Source: Eledone cirrhosa (lineage: Eukaryota). From it: DNA of 64,000 nt. The stretch covers positions 8,866,001-8,930,000 of the forward strand of contig OZ024753.1 of assembly GCA_964016885.1 (NCBI GenBank). The letters run 5' to 3'. Both the position numbers and the translations under genes were made by a program. Below are positions 12,760 to 24,024 of the stretch, in pieces. How positions within the stretch are numbered: the first letter of the stretch is position 1; each line of letters opens with the position of its first letter. A model generated the notes under the pieces. It saw only the letters and a list, made by a program, of their open reading frames with translations, made no database searches and was not told where the DNA came from.

Positions 12760-14320
12760 ACAGCTCACACCTATGCAGGTTTAGCTGGCCTCCTCCAAGG
12801 TATATCTCATTGGAGGTGTCTTGGGTGATTTAATGATATGGACCCCAGTCCTATCATCTCATTTCTACAGCTGAGTAAACTGGAGCAACGTGAAATAAAG
12901 TGTCTTGCTCAAGCAAACAAAACATCACCTGGTCTGAGAATTGAACTCACAACCTTTCGATTGCAAGGCCAATGCTCTAACCACTGAGCCATGCGCCCTC
13001 ACTAAGCCATGCGCCTTCACAATATATATGTGTGCATATGCATACATATGTGTGTGTTTGTATAAATGTATGTGTGTGTATGTGCATACATGTCTATGTA
13101 TATACGTGTGAGTTTGTATAAATGTATATGTGTGCACGTGTGTATTTGTGTGTGTTTGTATAAATGTATGTGTGCATGTGTGTATGTGCATACATGTATG
13201 TGTATGTGCATGCGTGTGTGGTTGTATAAATGTATGTGTGTGTATGTGTCTGAGTTTGTATAAATGTATATGTGTATGTGCATACATGTGTATATGTGTG
13301 TGTGTTTGTACAAATGTATATGTGTATATGTGTGAATGTGCATTCATGTGTGTATATGTGTGTGTGATTGTATAAATATGTGTGTGTATGTGTGTATGTG
13401 CATACATGTGTGTGTATATGTGTGTGTGATTGTATAAATATGTGTGTGTATGTGTGTATGTGCATACATGTGTGTGTATATGTGTGTGTGATTGTATAAA
13501 TGTATGTGTGTGTATGTGTGTATGTGCATTCATGTGTGTATATGTGTGTGTGATTGTATAAATGTATGTGTGTGTATGTGTGTATGTGCATACATGTGTG
13601 TGTATATGTGTGTGTGATTGTATAAATATGTGTGTGTATGTGTGTATGTGCATACATGTGTGTGTATATGTGTGTGTGATTGTATAAATGTATGTGTGTG
13701 TATGTGTGTATGTGCATTCATGTGTGTATATGTGTGTGTGATTGTATAAATGTATGTGTGTGTATGTGTGTATGTGCATTCATGTGTGTATATGTGTGTG
13801 TTTGTATAAATGTGTATGTGTGTATGTGCATTCATGTGTGTGTATATGTGTGTGTTTGTATACATGTATGTATGTGTGTGTGTGTGTGTGTATAGATATG
13901 TGTGTGTGTGTATATGTGTGTGTGTATGTGCATTCATGTGTGTATATGTGTGTGTTTGTATAAATGTGTATGTGTGTATGTGCATTCATGTGTGTATATA
14001 TGTGTGTGTTTGTATACATGTATGTATGTGTGTGTGTGTGTGTGTATAGATATGTGTGTGTGTGTATATGTGTGTGTGTATGTGCATTCATGTGTGTATA
14101 TGTGTGTGTGATTGTATAAATATGTGTGTGTATGTGCATTCATGTGTGTGTATATGTGTGAGTTTGTATAAATGTATGTATGTGTGTGTGTGTGTATATG
14201 TGTGTGTATATATGTGTGTGTGTGTATATATGTGTGTGTGTGTATATGTGTGTGTGTGTATATGTGTGTGTGTATGTGCATTCAGGTGTGTATATGTGTG
14301 GGTGTGTGTATATGTATAAC
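12170..14320. repeat. Compound (TA)/(TG) microsatellite and ~58-62-bp TG-rich minisatellite, split by a SINE
   Basis: Pure dinucleotide-derived sequence. From 13340 the unit TTGTATAAAT..TGCAT(T/A)CATG recurs. A CORE-type SINE lies at 12840-13020 (-). Confidence 0.93.
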
Positions 14321-15617
14321 TATTGTTTTATTTTTCACGAAGCAACAGCCTCAATGAATCTCACAGAGGAAGGTTTATAAACAAAACTCTAAAATTCCAG
14401 TGAAATACTGGGACTATTTCTCTCTCTACCAGTTTTAAAATATGCAGGACACCTCATGTGACAGGAGAGCACACATACAACTCTACCAGGAGTTATGTGC
14501 CCTTCCTTTCTTTTTTCTTTATCTTTCTCTCTAGAAATAAGTTTCTGATTTAGGCACAAGGCCAACAATTTTTGAGGGAGGGGAAAGTTGATTAAATCAA
14601 TGTGTATGACTTGTTCGTTATTTCTCACTCAAATTAATTGTTTCTGCTTTTGGCACAAGGACAGCAATCACCCCAGTGCATTACTGGTACTTTATTTTAT
14701 CGACCCCCGTAAGGATGAAAGGCAAAGTTGACCATGGCAGGATTTGACCTCAGGATGTAAAGGGCCATAACTATTCTGTAAAGCATAGTGTCTGATGCTC
14801 TACCGATTCTGCCAATCTACCGACCTATGTTTATATAATTGTTTCCACTTTATGCACAAGGCCAGCAAACCCCAGTGTATTACTGGTACTTTATTTTATT
14901 GACCCCGTAAGGGTGAAAAGGCAAAGTTAATCAACTCAGGATGTAAAGAGCCATAACTATTCTGTAAAGCATAGTGTCTGATGCTCTACTGATTCTGCCA
15001 ATCTACTGACCTATGTTTATATAATTGTTTCCACTTTATGCACAAGTCCAGCAATTACCCAGTGCATTACTGCTACTTTATTTTATCGACTCTGTAAGGA
15101 TAAAAGGCAAAGTTAACATTGATGTCTTGTCTTTCTTTGAGAGTAACACTAACTGCTGGTTTTCCATTTACTTTCTGCAACAAAATTGGACATTTCAATT
15201 TATCTACATTACCACTTACCTGTCTATATAAATTGGCTTTTTTTAGTTACTTTTCATAGCTCATCTTTTGTAATTGAGCTAAATATTAAATACTGTTTTT
15301 CAATCAACTACCTTTCTCTAATAAAACAGAAACATCAATTTAATTTAGTGAATCTTCAAAGCTATGCTAGGAAATAGAAGGAGAAACTTCATGTTTTCAT
15401 TTCTTTATCCAAATAAACTGTTTTGATTGGAATTTTTTCATTTCAAAACTAGAAACGCTAGCATTTGTAGTCACAGATGCAGATGACAAATTGGCAGAGG
15501 CTTTAGAACATTAGAACATTAGGTAGAATGCTTTGCTGTATTTGTTTCGACTTTCCTAGTTCAAATCCTGCCGAGGTCAACTTTGCCTTTCATCCTTTCG
15601 AGGTCAATAAAAAAAAA

Positions 15618-16120
15618 GTACCAGTCAAGTACTGGGGTCAATACTTCCACTATATCTCTTTCTCACTTCCATTCTTTCTCACACTCAGTATCCTTCCCTG
15701 AAAGAAATCTGCTGTATTCAGACCTGGAGAGGTCTATTAATATGAAATACCAGTCATGAACTGGGGTCAATACTTCCACTATATCTCTTTCTCACTTCCA
15801 TTCTTTCTCACACTCAGTATCCTTCCCTGGAAGAAATCTGCAGTATTCAGAGCTGGAGAGGTCTGTTAATATGAAGTACCAGTCATGAACTGGGGTCAAT
15901 ACTTCCACTATATCTCTTTCTCACTTCCATTCTTTCTCACACTCAGTATCCTTCCCTGGAAGAAATCTGCAGTATTCAGAGCTGGAGAGGTCTGTTAATA
16001 TGAAGTACCAGTCATGAACTGGGGTCAATACTTCCACTATATCTCTTTCTCACTTCCATTCTTTCTCAGACTCAGTATCCTTCTCTGGAAGAAATCTGCT
16101 GTATTCAGAGCTGGAGAGGA
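15618..16120 (+). repeat. 129-bp tandem repeat x4, derived from a SINE 3' half
   Basis: GGGGTCAATAC recurs at 15634, 15763, 15892 and 16021, preceded by a SINE head and core at 15490-15640. A single-unit relative lies at 60745-61060. Confidence 0.9.
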
Positions 16121-16226
16121 TTGGGCTCTGACAGGTTTAATAATGCCCTAGAAATGTTGTATGTCAAATCAACGCACCTACAACACCCCCAGGGGTTATG
16201 GGACCATGCATGATGTGTGTATGTGT

Positions 16227-16268
<42 letters not shown>

Positions 16269-16556
16269 TAATTCAATATAAAAGAGATAAACACAGACAT
16301 ATACATATTTGTGTTCAAATGTTAAGGGACCAGGTTCTCTTTTATATTCAATTATAATATACGGCTCAGAAAAATCTCTTTGTGTAATAATATTGCCAGA
16401 ATTAATAACAGAACACACTCACTGTTTGGTTGGTTTTCGCTTCTGTATCTTTTATATCAGTTAATTTAATTTATTCGGTCCTCAATGTTTACCATTGACT
16501 GACCAACGGTCAAAAATACAGATATAATATAGACACAAACACATATATATAGTCTA

Positions 16557-16596
16557 ACAAAGTTCTTTCGTTGCACATCTGCAACATCGTCAGTGG
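16557..16596 (-). ncRNA. Hammerhead ribozyme motif in the pLTR of the Penelope-like fragment
   Basis: Minus strand: CCA-CTGACGA-T-GTTGCA(GATG)TGCAAC-GAAA-GAAC-TT-TG. Canonical CUGANGA/GAAA core with a perfect 6-bp stem II, ~270 nt downstream of the GIY-YIG stop. Stems I and III are decayed. Confidence 0.62.
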
Positions 16597-16653
16597 TGCT
16601 ATTATGTTTCCTCCTGTTGTATTGTATATCTACGCTATCTTTATTTAATCTGT

Positions 16654-16688
<35 letters not shown>

Positions 16689-16859
16689 TTTTTGTCCTCT
16701 TCTCTGCGTATGAGTTTGCGTGTGTGTATAGTGTTTGGTGTGTGTTCGTGTTTGGGTGACTGTGTTTTGGTTATTGTATTCTATCTTAGTTTACTAGTGT
16801 GTGTTTATGTGTTTGTTGTTATTGTGCTTGTGTATGTATTTGTTTATTTATTTGTTTAT

Positions 16860-17228
16860 TTATACTTCTCTTAGGTCAGTATTGTTTGTTTGGGTGTTGT
16901 TGTTATTCCATTCATTTTTTCTGTTTAACTTTGGCCTTCTAAGTTCTATTTCACTGGCCTCTCTGATTTGCCTATCTACTGGGTCATTTCTATGTTTAGA
17001 TATTATTCTAATTTCTATGTTGTCTATGTTACCCTCGTGTTGTTGTCTGGCGTGTTTGTATAGTACTGAACCGTTTTTTCGTCCTTTTAGTTCCCCCCAG
17101 TGCTGGTCTATCCTTTCACCTATGCTACAAGCTGCCTCGCCTATGTATGTTGTCATGTTTCTGCAAGTACCCTCTGTACATCTTATGCTATAGACTACGT
17201 TTCTAGTTTCACAGTTTATCCGACACAT
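16860..17228 (-). mobile_element. Penelope-like element, GIY-YIG endonuclease C-terminal fragment
   Basis: NCETRNVVYSIRC..C...YIGE...ERIDQH..LYKHARQQH..RQIREASEI..PKLN contains VVY-YIG, the conserved Arg, Glu and Asn, and Cys/His ligands typical of PLE endonucleases. It is 5' truncated and flanked by (TA)n. Confidence 0.9.
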
Positions 17229-17297
17229 GATTTCATATAAAAAAAATTCCCAAAACTAATTCATCGCCGTATATATTTATATAAACATATATACACA

Positions 17298-17351
<54 letters not shown>

Positions 17352-17461
17352 TAAATGGAATAGAAAATGCTGACAAATTGTTCACAGTTGAAAAATAGTT
17401 TAATTAGGAATAAAAGAGTATTAGTAATTGTATGGGTTAGTATTCAGTTGTGGTTTTTAAG

Positions 17462-17500
17462 TTTTTACCGGTTGCGCATTTCTAAATGCTTTTCAAAAAT
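17462..17500 (-). ncRNA. Variant hammerhead-like motif in a (TA)n-embedded PLE-like remnant
   Basis: Minus strand: TTT-TTGAAAA-GCATT(TAGA)AATGC-GCAA-CCGG-TA-AAA. It has a U3-A8 core covariation, perfect stem II and palindromic ACCGGT, but GAAA is changed to GCAA. Confidence 0.35.
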
Positions 17501-17727
17501 AATTTTGAGATAGAGTGTCCGTGTTGTTTGCTCTGATCTGATTAGTTTTGGGAATTCTACCTGTTTTTATGTTAAAAAAGTAGCTCCAGCGCTACTTTGG
17601 TGTTGCAAAAATTTACCAATATATAATAACTTGTGTGTTACACCTCTATTCTTTTAACTATATATATATATATATATTAAAATAACAGATTAAAGTTTAA
17701 GCAAAGAATCGCTGCTTTCACCCTTAT

Positions 17728-17806
<79 letters not shown>

Positions 17807-18231
17807 CACACATACACACACACACGTATTCCAAGAGATTCCACGGTGGTGGCGATACCATTTATAAACTATAATCTCTGAATAAAGCAGACAATTAAAA
17901 AATTAATCTCCATCTGAAATTTGAATCCTTGAATAATTCTTTATTGTGGCTTCCAATTTGTAATAGAGTAAATGTCATGGAAATCAATGATTGAACTTCA
18001 ATAATTTCACACAATAGTATTCATTGGAGCTACTTCATCAAATTTCTATTGCACATATGTAAGTAATTAGCTCTAACAGTAACTAATAAAGATGATGCTA
18101 CAGCACTGCAGTATTTGGATTCTTAGAAATAAAGTGTATTGAAATTTAGAATGTTACAAGTTTGTCCATTTTCCAGCATGCAGAAAAATTTTAGCAAACT
18201 TTCTACTATCTGTTTCTCCTCTTGGTTAAAC

Positions 18232-18265
<34 letters not shown>
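18232..18265. repeat. (CTAT)n microsatellite, 5' flank of the Tx1 element
   Basis: About 8 perfect units ending directly at the element 5' end. Confidence 0.95.
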
Positions 18266-18266
<1 letters not shown>

Positions 18267-18467
18267 GATAGAGTAAGACACGCTTCGCATCGGCTCCGCT
18301 ATTCCATCGGGATTTACCCTTACTATTGTAAGTACCGGATAAATTTTTTAGTGCAACACATTTGGAACACTAACCCCTGTTATTTAGGGAAACATTTTTG
18401 CATTTACCCCCTTTTTAGGGGGTAAAATAAATATCTATTTTTGCCGAAAAATTTCTTTCTTGGCAGC

Positions 18468-20303
18468 ATGGCGGAAAAGATGGCAGACATGTCTGCCATT
18501 AGCTCTGCCACGCCCCCCAAGTCTGAAGAACAAAAAATAATTACAACAAAATTAGACATTGAAACAAACAAACAAAATGAAAAAACAAATGTTAAGGAAA
18601 ATGAGCAAACAGAAAACAAACAAACAGAAAATAATACAAATAACGACAGGGCAACTTTCGCCCAGAAAACAAAGCAATCCATTACATACACACCAATTGA
18701 CCTAACTGCCGCCAGAGAAAAACTGGCCGAAGCAAAGAAACATATTGTTTTGGGGGAAAACGGAATGTTTTCCATTAACTCCCCCCCAGAATTCAAGAAA
18801 GCCAGAGCAGAAAACACAGTTATATACAGAACTATACTAAACCAGTCAAGAAAGCCAGCACAGCCCAGCCAAATGGAAATAGAGTTAGTCCTAAAAGACT
18901 ATATGAAGAATATTCTCTTCATACGAAAGGACCGACTCTATGGCAGCATTTCGGTCCTAACAAGAGACAAAGAAACGGCGGTTCAGCTTTCCCTAAGCCC
19001 ACTCTCGTCGACAACATATAGCTTCTATCCCTCCTACATGGGTAGAAGAACACAAAGAATAAAAGTAAAAACAATGCTGCCCACAATGGACTTCTGGTGG
19101 GCTATTGCTGGCTTCATTGATATGGGCGAAGACACTATGCTGTCAATGGGGAAGGCAACTGGAGATGCGTTCCTGGGAATGGGCCTCGACATACTAGTCC
19201 AAATGAGGCCCGAAAGAATAGCACAAATCCCGGATCGCATCTGGCTGGATGACCTTACCCCAATAGACATAATTGTAGAGGGGAGAAGACCAGCATGCTA
19301 TTTATGCATGGAAAGGGGACACGTTAAGGCTAACTGCCCGAAACGTATCCCCCAAAAAGGACTATTGCCCACACCCACCACAAACAGTACACCAGCACCA
19401 CCCACCTCCAAAAATACACTAATACCACACACAGCAAACAAAATACAGACACCACCAACCACAAACACAACACAAACATCACCACCACCAGCACCAAACA
19501 CAAGCACGACACAAAAATCACCACCACCAACCACAACACAAACATCACCACCACCATTACCAACCACAAGCACGACACAAACATTACCACCACCACCACC
19601 ACAAAACCCATTCCAAACAAATAATAAAAAAAACAGTAACAAATTTACCCCTCCCGCAAAAAAAAAACAACCACACAACACGTCCCTCCCACCTAGCGCT
19701 GAAGAGTTTCCCCCAACTTCTGAAGAAGAAGGAGGAGAAGCCTTCAGACAAGTTAAAAGAAAAAAAAGAAAACACACACCCAGCACACCACAAATAACCC
19801 ACACACAAACACCAACTCCAATCAAAAACACCCCACCCTCAACAAACAAAAATAAATCTGCGCCTCCCCTCTCCGAAACATTGACAGCATCACAAAAAAA
19901 GACGTTGCAATACACATATATAAATAAAGAAAACAAAAAACTGGTTAAATTAATAAACAATAACCCTATGGTGCAGACCGAAGGGCCAAACTTTATCTCA
20001 ACAGAGAACTTCACCCATTTAAAAATGATAAAGGTCCCTCTGGACCTTTATCGTTCCTTAAAAGAACAATTTAGACGGGACGTGAGCCCCCCCTGTTTAA
20101 AACCGTTGAATCGCGTCCTCTTGAAAGATTTTCCCATAACCGCCCCTCTCCCTGACACAACTCCAAATACCCCAACCCCACCACACACGTGTACCCCCAC
20201 ACCACCACAAAACATCCCTCCACCCAACACACCTGATGCCATGGAAATTACGCAACCCGGAGAGGTAAGTGCTCTTCTTTCTTCACTTTCAACACCAAAA
20301 TAG
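18468..20303 (+). CDS. Tx1-like ORF1 protein (nucleic-acid chaperone, CCHC zinc knuckle, Pro/Thr-rich C-terminal half)
   Basis: First ATG at 18468 in AGCATGG context. Contains a TFAQK motif near the N-terminus, CYLCMERGHVKANC (CX2CX4HX4C), a basic KRKKRK patch and a low-complexity P/T region. Stop TAG at 20301-20303. Confidence 0.9.
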   Translation: MAEKMADMSAISSATPPKSEEQKIITTKLDIETNKQNEKTNVKENEQTENKQTENNTNNDRATFAQKTKQSITYTPIDLTAAREKLAEAKKHIVLGENGMFSINSPPEFKKARAENTVIYRTILNQSRKPAQPSQMEIELVLKDYMKNILFIRKDRLYGSISVLTRDKETAVQLSLSPLSSTTYSFYPSYMGRRTQRIKVKTMLPTMDFWWAIAGFIDMGEDTMLSMGKATGDAFLGMGLDILVQMRPERIAQIPDRIWLDDLTPIDIIVEGRRPACYLCMERGHVKANCPKRIPQKGLLPTPTTNSTPAPPTSKNTLIPHTANKIQTPPTTNTTQTSPPPAPNTSTTQKSPPPTTTQTSPPPLPTTSTTQTLPPPPPQNPFQTNNKKNSNKFTPPAKKKQPHNTSLPPSAEEFPPTSEEEGGEAFRQVKRKKRKHTPSTPQITHTQTPTPIKNTPPSTNKNKSAPPLSETLTASQKKTLQYTYINKENKKLVKLINNNPMVQTEGPNFISTENFTHLKMIKVPLDLYRSLKEQFRRDVSPPCLKPLNRVLLKDFPITAPLPDTTPNTPTPPHTCTPTPPQNIPPPNTPDAMEITQPGEVSALLSSLSTPK

Positions 20304-23300
20304 ATCAATTGAGAGTTGGCTGTTTGAACGCGCGTGGCCTGAGCTCAGCTTGGAAGCAAGCAAAGCTTCTAAGTGACCTCAGGTCACAAAGTATAGATGT
20401 GATGGTTGTTTGCGAGAGTCGGATCAGCAGCGTGAGACAGCTGGCGCCCGCCTTCGATGACTTTGAGATGCACGCATCTCTCTGTCAACCCGGAGGCGGG
20501 GGGGGAGTTGCCGTACTGCTGGATAAACGTCTGACTCTCGACGTACAGATTGTTCACTCGGACCCGGGGGGTCGATTACTGGTGCTGGACGTCGGAGGTG
20601 GTGAAGGCGGGGCTTTCAGACTGGTCGGTCTTTATGCTCCCTTCGGGGCGGAGAGAGCCGACTTCTTCCAACGTCTGGAGACTTTTCTAGGAACGTCGCG
20701 TTCCCTGCTTTTAGTGGGGGACTGGAATGGAATCCTAGATGCGCGTTGGGACTATGCAGGGGCATGTCCCGATAGAGGGGGGTGTAGCAGCCTCAAGGGG
20801 TTACTCGATCGATTCGACCTGGTCGATAGATTTCGACTAGATTGTCCAACTGCGCCAACCTGGACCTGGGCAAACCGCAGTGGACAATCTAGATCGTACC
20901 TAGATAGGTTTTTGGTTAGGAGTAAGGATAGGGACGTATTTAGTTGTCCAGAACTGATCATGGTTGGCTATTCAGATCACAAATTAGTGACCTGCGTGGT
21001 CAACCTTGATAGAACGCATAGACAGGGTCCCGGTTACTGGAAGATGAACTTGTCCTTACCGACAAAGAAAGATTACAGAAACCGGATTAGTAGCTTAGTT
21101 AAGATGCGGTTGACGGGAGCGATCGTCAACAGTAGGTGGTGGATATCTCTAAAGAGAGAGATTAGAGTAAGTTCGATAGGTTACAGTAAGGAACTAGCGG
21201 CGAATAGAAATAGGAGGGAAAGGGAGTTAACAGATAAACTAGAAGAGGCGATTAGGAGCGGAGACGTAGCCAGAGTGTTAGCGACGAGAACGGCATTGAG
21301 CCAGTTCTTTGACGCGAAGCACGAAGGCTGCGTTGTCCGAAGTAAAATACGTGCTTTAGGAAACGAGGGGACCAAAGCTGTTAGCTGGGCCCGCGTGACA
21401 GAAGCCAAGAGTGGGATTAAATCCACCATTCGGTCTTTGCGAGACCAGGATGGACGGGTGATCCTTGAACCTGAGCGAATGTGCGAGACCTTTCAAAGGC
21501 ACTTTGCTCGACTGTTCGGAGGTGGCGGGGGGCCGGACGGGGATGTGGACTTCGGTCCATACCTCGACGGTCTACCGCGTCTTTCGAGCGGCGAAGCGGA
21601 GTGCTGCGAAGGGCCAATCACAGCCACTGAAATCGGGGAAGCGCTCAGCCAATGCAGCAGACGCAAATCCCCGGGTCTCGATGGTCTACCATACGAACTT
21701 TATTTAGCTATGCCGGTCTTGTTCTCCGAACTCCTCGAGGCTGTCTATTGCAACTGGCAACAGAACGGGAGAATTCCCTGTTCTGTGACCAAGGGCGTGG
21801 TCACGCTAGTGAGGAAGGACGAGAGCAAGGGGGACGACTTAAGTAACTTTAGGCCCATAACTCTGCTGAATGCAGAGTTACAGATTTTGGCCAAGGTGTT
21901 GGCGAAGAGGTTGGCGCTTGTGGTGGGTGGTTTGGTGGGAGACGCGCAGACATGCGCGATCCCGTCCAGGTCCATTCACGACAACCTCCACCTCATGCGA
22001 TACATCATAGAGAGGGTTGGCTACGAACCCGGCTTTGGTGGGGCCCTGATCAACTTGGATCAATCTAAGGCGTTCGATAGGGTCGACCATGGTTACCTGG
22101 ATGCGGTGCTAGCGGCGGCGGGCTTCGGACCCGTTTTCAGGGGCTGGATTTCTGCCATGCACAGTGGCAACATCTACTCTAGGATTAAAGTAAACGGCTA
22201 CCTCTCGGAGCCGTTTCAAATCACCCGATCCATCAGACAGGGGTGCCCCCTCTCCTCCCTTCTGTACGTATTGACTCTCGAGCCACTGCTGCGGAAGTTG
22301 GAGTTGCTGCGGGGCATACCCCTGGAACCGGGATTGCACAAAGCGGTCTCGGCCTATGCCGACGACGTAACAGTAATGGTGGCGGACGCCTCGGAAATCG
22401 GGGCGATCGCCACCCTACTGGAGGAATACGAAAGGCTGACGGGGGCTAAGCTGAACCGGGACAAGTCAGTCGGTTTGCAACTCGGAACGTGGAGGGGCAA
22501 ACCGATGCCGTTAGACGGTGTCGTCGGGCGGTGGACGGAGGGCCCGGTGAAGCTGCTCGGGGTCTGGTTCGGACCGGACCTCCAGGTGGAGAAGAATTGG
22601 GGCGAGGTGACGAGCAGGGTGTTTGCGCTGACCCAGAAGTGGGCCAAGTGCAAACTATCACTGAAAGGTCGGGCGGAGGTGACGAACGCTTACATAGCGT
22701 CCGTCATCTACTACCGCCTGACCGTCGTGCCTTGCCCCAAGGAAAAGCTCACCATCATGGAACGCATGCTCTTCCAGTTCCTCTGGAAGAAGCGGCCTCC
22801 CATGGTGAGGAGATCCATCTGCTGCCAGCACCCTTCGAAAGGAGGGCTGGGTATGCCGTGGCTGTTGATGCGTAGGCACGCATTGAGGCTACGGCATCTA
22901 CAGGTATTCCTCAACGGTCAGCCGGTGTGGGCCCCGTTTGTGAGGCGAGCCTTCCCACAGCTCGTCTCGCTCACCGAACTGCAATCCTGGGTGAAGCAAA
23001 GACCGAGAAAACTGGGCAACTGGCACACTGAGTGTGCCCAGGCGCTCACGGCTATCTGGCAAGCGGACCCGACTGTCAGTGGAGAATCCACCTCGACATT
23101 CTATAGAGGGTTGGTGGCTAGCAGGGGCGACGACACCCTTGGAGAGTCGCTAGGCATGGAGGAGGACGAACTGGCCAGCCTGTTCGGTAGAACTTTCGGC
23201 CCGGGACCCATGGACAACTTCCAGAGGTCCCTAGCCTGGCAGTGTTACCGGGGGGCTCTGCCCGTTCGAGAAAAGCTCTACAGACACGGGCGCCCGGGCA

Positions 23301-23737
23301 GGGATCCCGCGAAAAAGATCTGTCCCAGATGCGTGCGCGACGAGGAAACCGTTGCGCATGCACTGGTACACTGCCCGGGCGTTGCCGATCTGTGGGGCTA
23401 CGTCGAACGACTGCTGTCGCGTGTGGCGCCGATTCGATTAACCGCCGAGTCTGTGGTGAACATCAAGCCGCCTCCTCCCTTCAGAAATGAAGCAGAGGCG
23501 GTCTTTCTGTGCGTAATAGCCATGATGAAAGAGGTTGTGTGGTGGACGCGCCTGAAAGGTCTGAGGTCGGGTGACTTTCTCTCCGGCCATCACCTGGTTT
23601 ACTTCTTCCGATACCACTTCGGAAGAAGAATCAGGATGGAGAGAGAAGTGCTTGGTCCCAGACAGTTTTATGAAAGGTGGGTGAAAGAAGCGAGAATGGC
23701 CCGTGTAAATGGGCCTTCTCTCTACATTGTTCTGTAG
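20300..23737 (+). CDS. Tx1-like ORF2 polyprotein: APE endonuclease + reverse transcriptase + C-terminal zinc finger (no AUG at the expected start)
   Basis: APE motifs GCLNARGL, VVCE, GLYAP, GDWN, YLDRF, SDH; linker GPGYWKMN; RT motifs KSPGLDGLP, NFRPITLLN, LDQSKAFDRVDH, RQGCPLS, YADD; KGGLG; CPRC..EETVAHALVHC. The frame is open from 20237, and the start is placed by inference at ATA 20300. Confidence 0.95.
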   Translation: MDQLRVGCLNARGLSSAWKQAKLLSDLRSQSIDVMVVCESRISSVRQLAPAFDDFEMHASLCQPGGGGGVAVLLDKRLTLDVQIVHSDPGGRLLVLDVGGGEGGAFRLVGLYAPFGAERADFFQRLETFLGTSRSLLLVGDWNGILDARWDYAGACPDRGGCSSLKGLLDRFDLVDRFRLDCPTAPTWTWANRSGQSRSYLDRFLVRSKDRDVFSCPELIMVGYSDHKLVTCVVNLDRTHRQGPGYWKMNLSLPTKKDYRNRISSLVKMRLTGAIVNSRWWISLKREIRVSSIGYSKELAANRNRRERELTDKLEEAIRSGDVARVLATRTALSQFFDAKHEGCVVRSKIRALGNEGTKAVSWARVTEAKSGIKSTIRSLRDQDGRVILEPERMCETFQRHFARLFGGGGGPDGDVDFGPYLDGLPRLSSGEAECCEGPITATEIGEALSQCSRRKSPGLDGLPYELYLAMPVLFSELLEAVYCNWQQNGRIPCSVTKGVVTLVRKDESKGDDLSNFRPITLLNAELQILAKVLAKRLALVVGGLVGDAQTCAIPSRSIHDNLHLMRYIIERVGYEPGFGGALINLDQSKAFDRVDHGYLDAVLAAAGFGPVFRGWISAMHSGNIYSRIKVNGYLSEPFQITRSIRQGCPLSSLLYVLTLEPLLRKLELLRGIPLEPGLHKAVSAYADDVTVMVADASEIGAIATLLEEYERLTGAKLNRDKSVGLQLGTWRGKPMPLDGVVGRWTEGPVKLLGVWFGPDLQVEKNWGEVTSRVFALTQKWAKCKLSLKGRAEVTNAYIASVIYYRLTVVPCPKEKLTIMERMLFQFLWKKRPPMVRRSICCQHPSKGGLGMPWLLMRRHALRLRHLQVFLNGQPVWAPFVRRAFPQLVSLTELQSWVKQRPRKLGNWHTECAQALTAIWQADPTVSGESTSTFYRGLVASRGDDTLGESLGMEEDELASLFGRTFGPGPMDNFQRSLAWQCYRGALPVREKLYRHGRPGRDPAKKICPRCVRDEETVAHALVHCPGVADLWGYVERLLSRVAPIRLTAESVVNIKPPPPFRNEAEAVFLCVIAMMKEVVWWTRLKGLRSGDFLSGHHLVYFFRYHFGRRIRMEREVLGPRQFYERWVKEARMARVNGPSLYIVL

Positions 23738-23968
23738 GTGAAGAAGTGAAGAGGAAAGGGGGAGCGCCTCCTCTCTGGGCTTCCCCCGCGAAAAGAGTTG
23801 CACACTTTTCGGGGGTATGTGCAATCCCCAACACGCCCCCTCCCTTTTGAGGACTTTTTATTGTTATATTATTATTGTTATTCCTTTTTTCTTTACTCGA
23901 TTTATGTAAACTCCCCCACTGTGTAAATGTCCCCTTCTTTTGTGCCCTCGTGGCAAATAAATAGAAAT

Positions 23969-23969
<1 letters not shown>

Positions 23970-24024
<55 letters not shown>

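Larger units (their letters stand above)
18266..23969 (+). mobile_element. Full-length Tx1-clade (L1 superfamily) non-LTR retrotransposon
   Basis: ~200-bp 5' UTR, ORF1, ORF2, and a ~230-bp 3' UTR ending TGCC(CTCGT)GGCA-AATAAA. (TCTA)n lies in the same orientation on both sides. Both ORFs are uninterrupted and ORF2 is CpG-rich against an AT-rich background. Confidence 0.95.

Noticed and set aside
19298-20014. 238-aa antisense ORF within Tx1 ORF1
   Set aside because: It is the shadow of the C/A-rich Pro/Thr region, which rarely produces stops on the opposite strand.
20265-20303. GAG|GTAAGT...pyrimidine tract...TAG as an intron fusing ORF1 to ORF2
   Set aside because: It is only 39 nt, and splicing gives GAG ATC AAT TGA, still in the ORF1 frame and stopping at once. 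No nearby AG gives the ORF2 phase.
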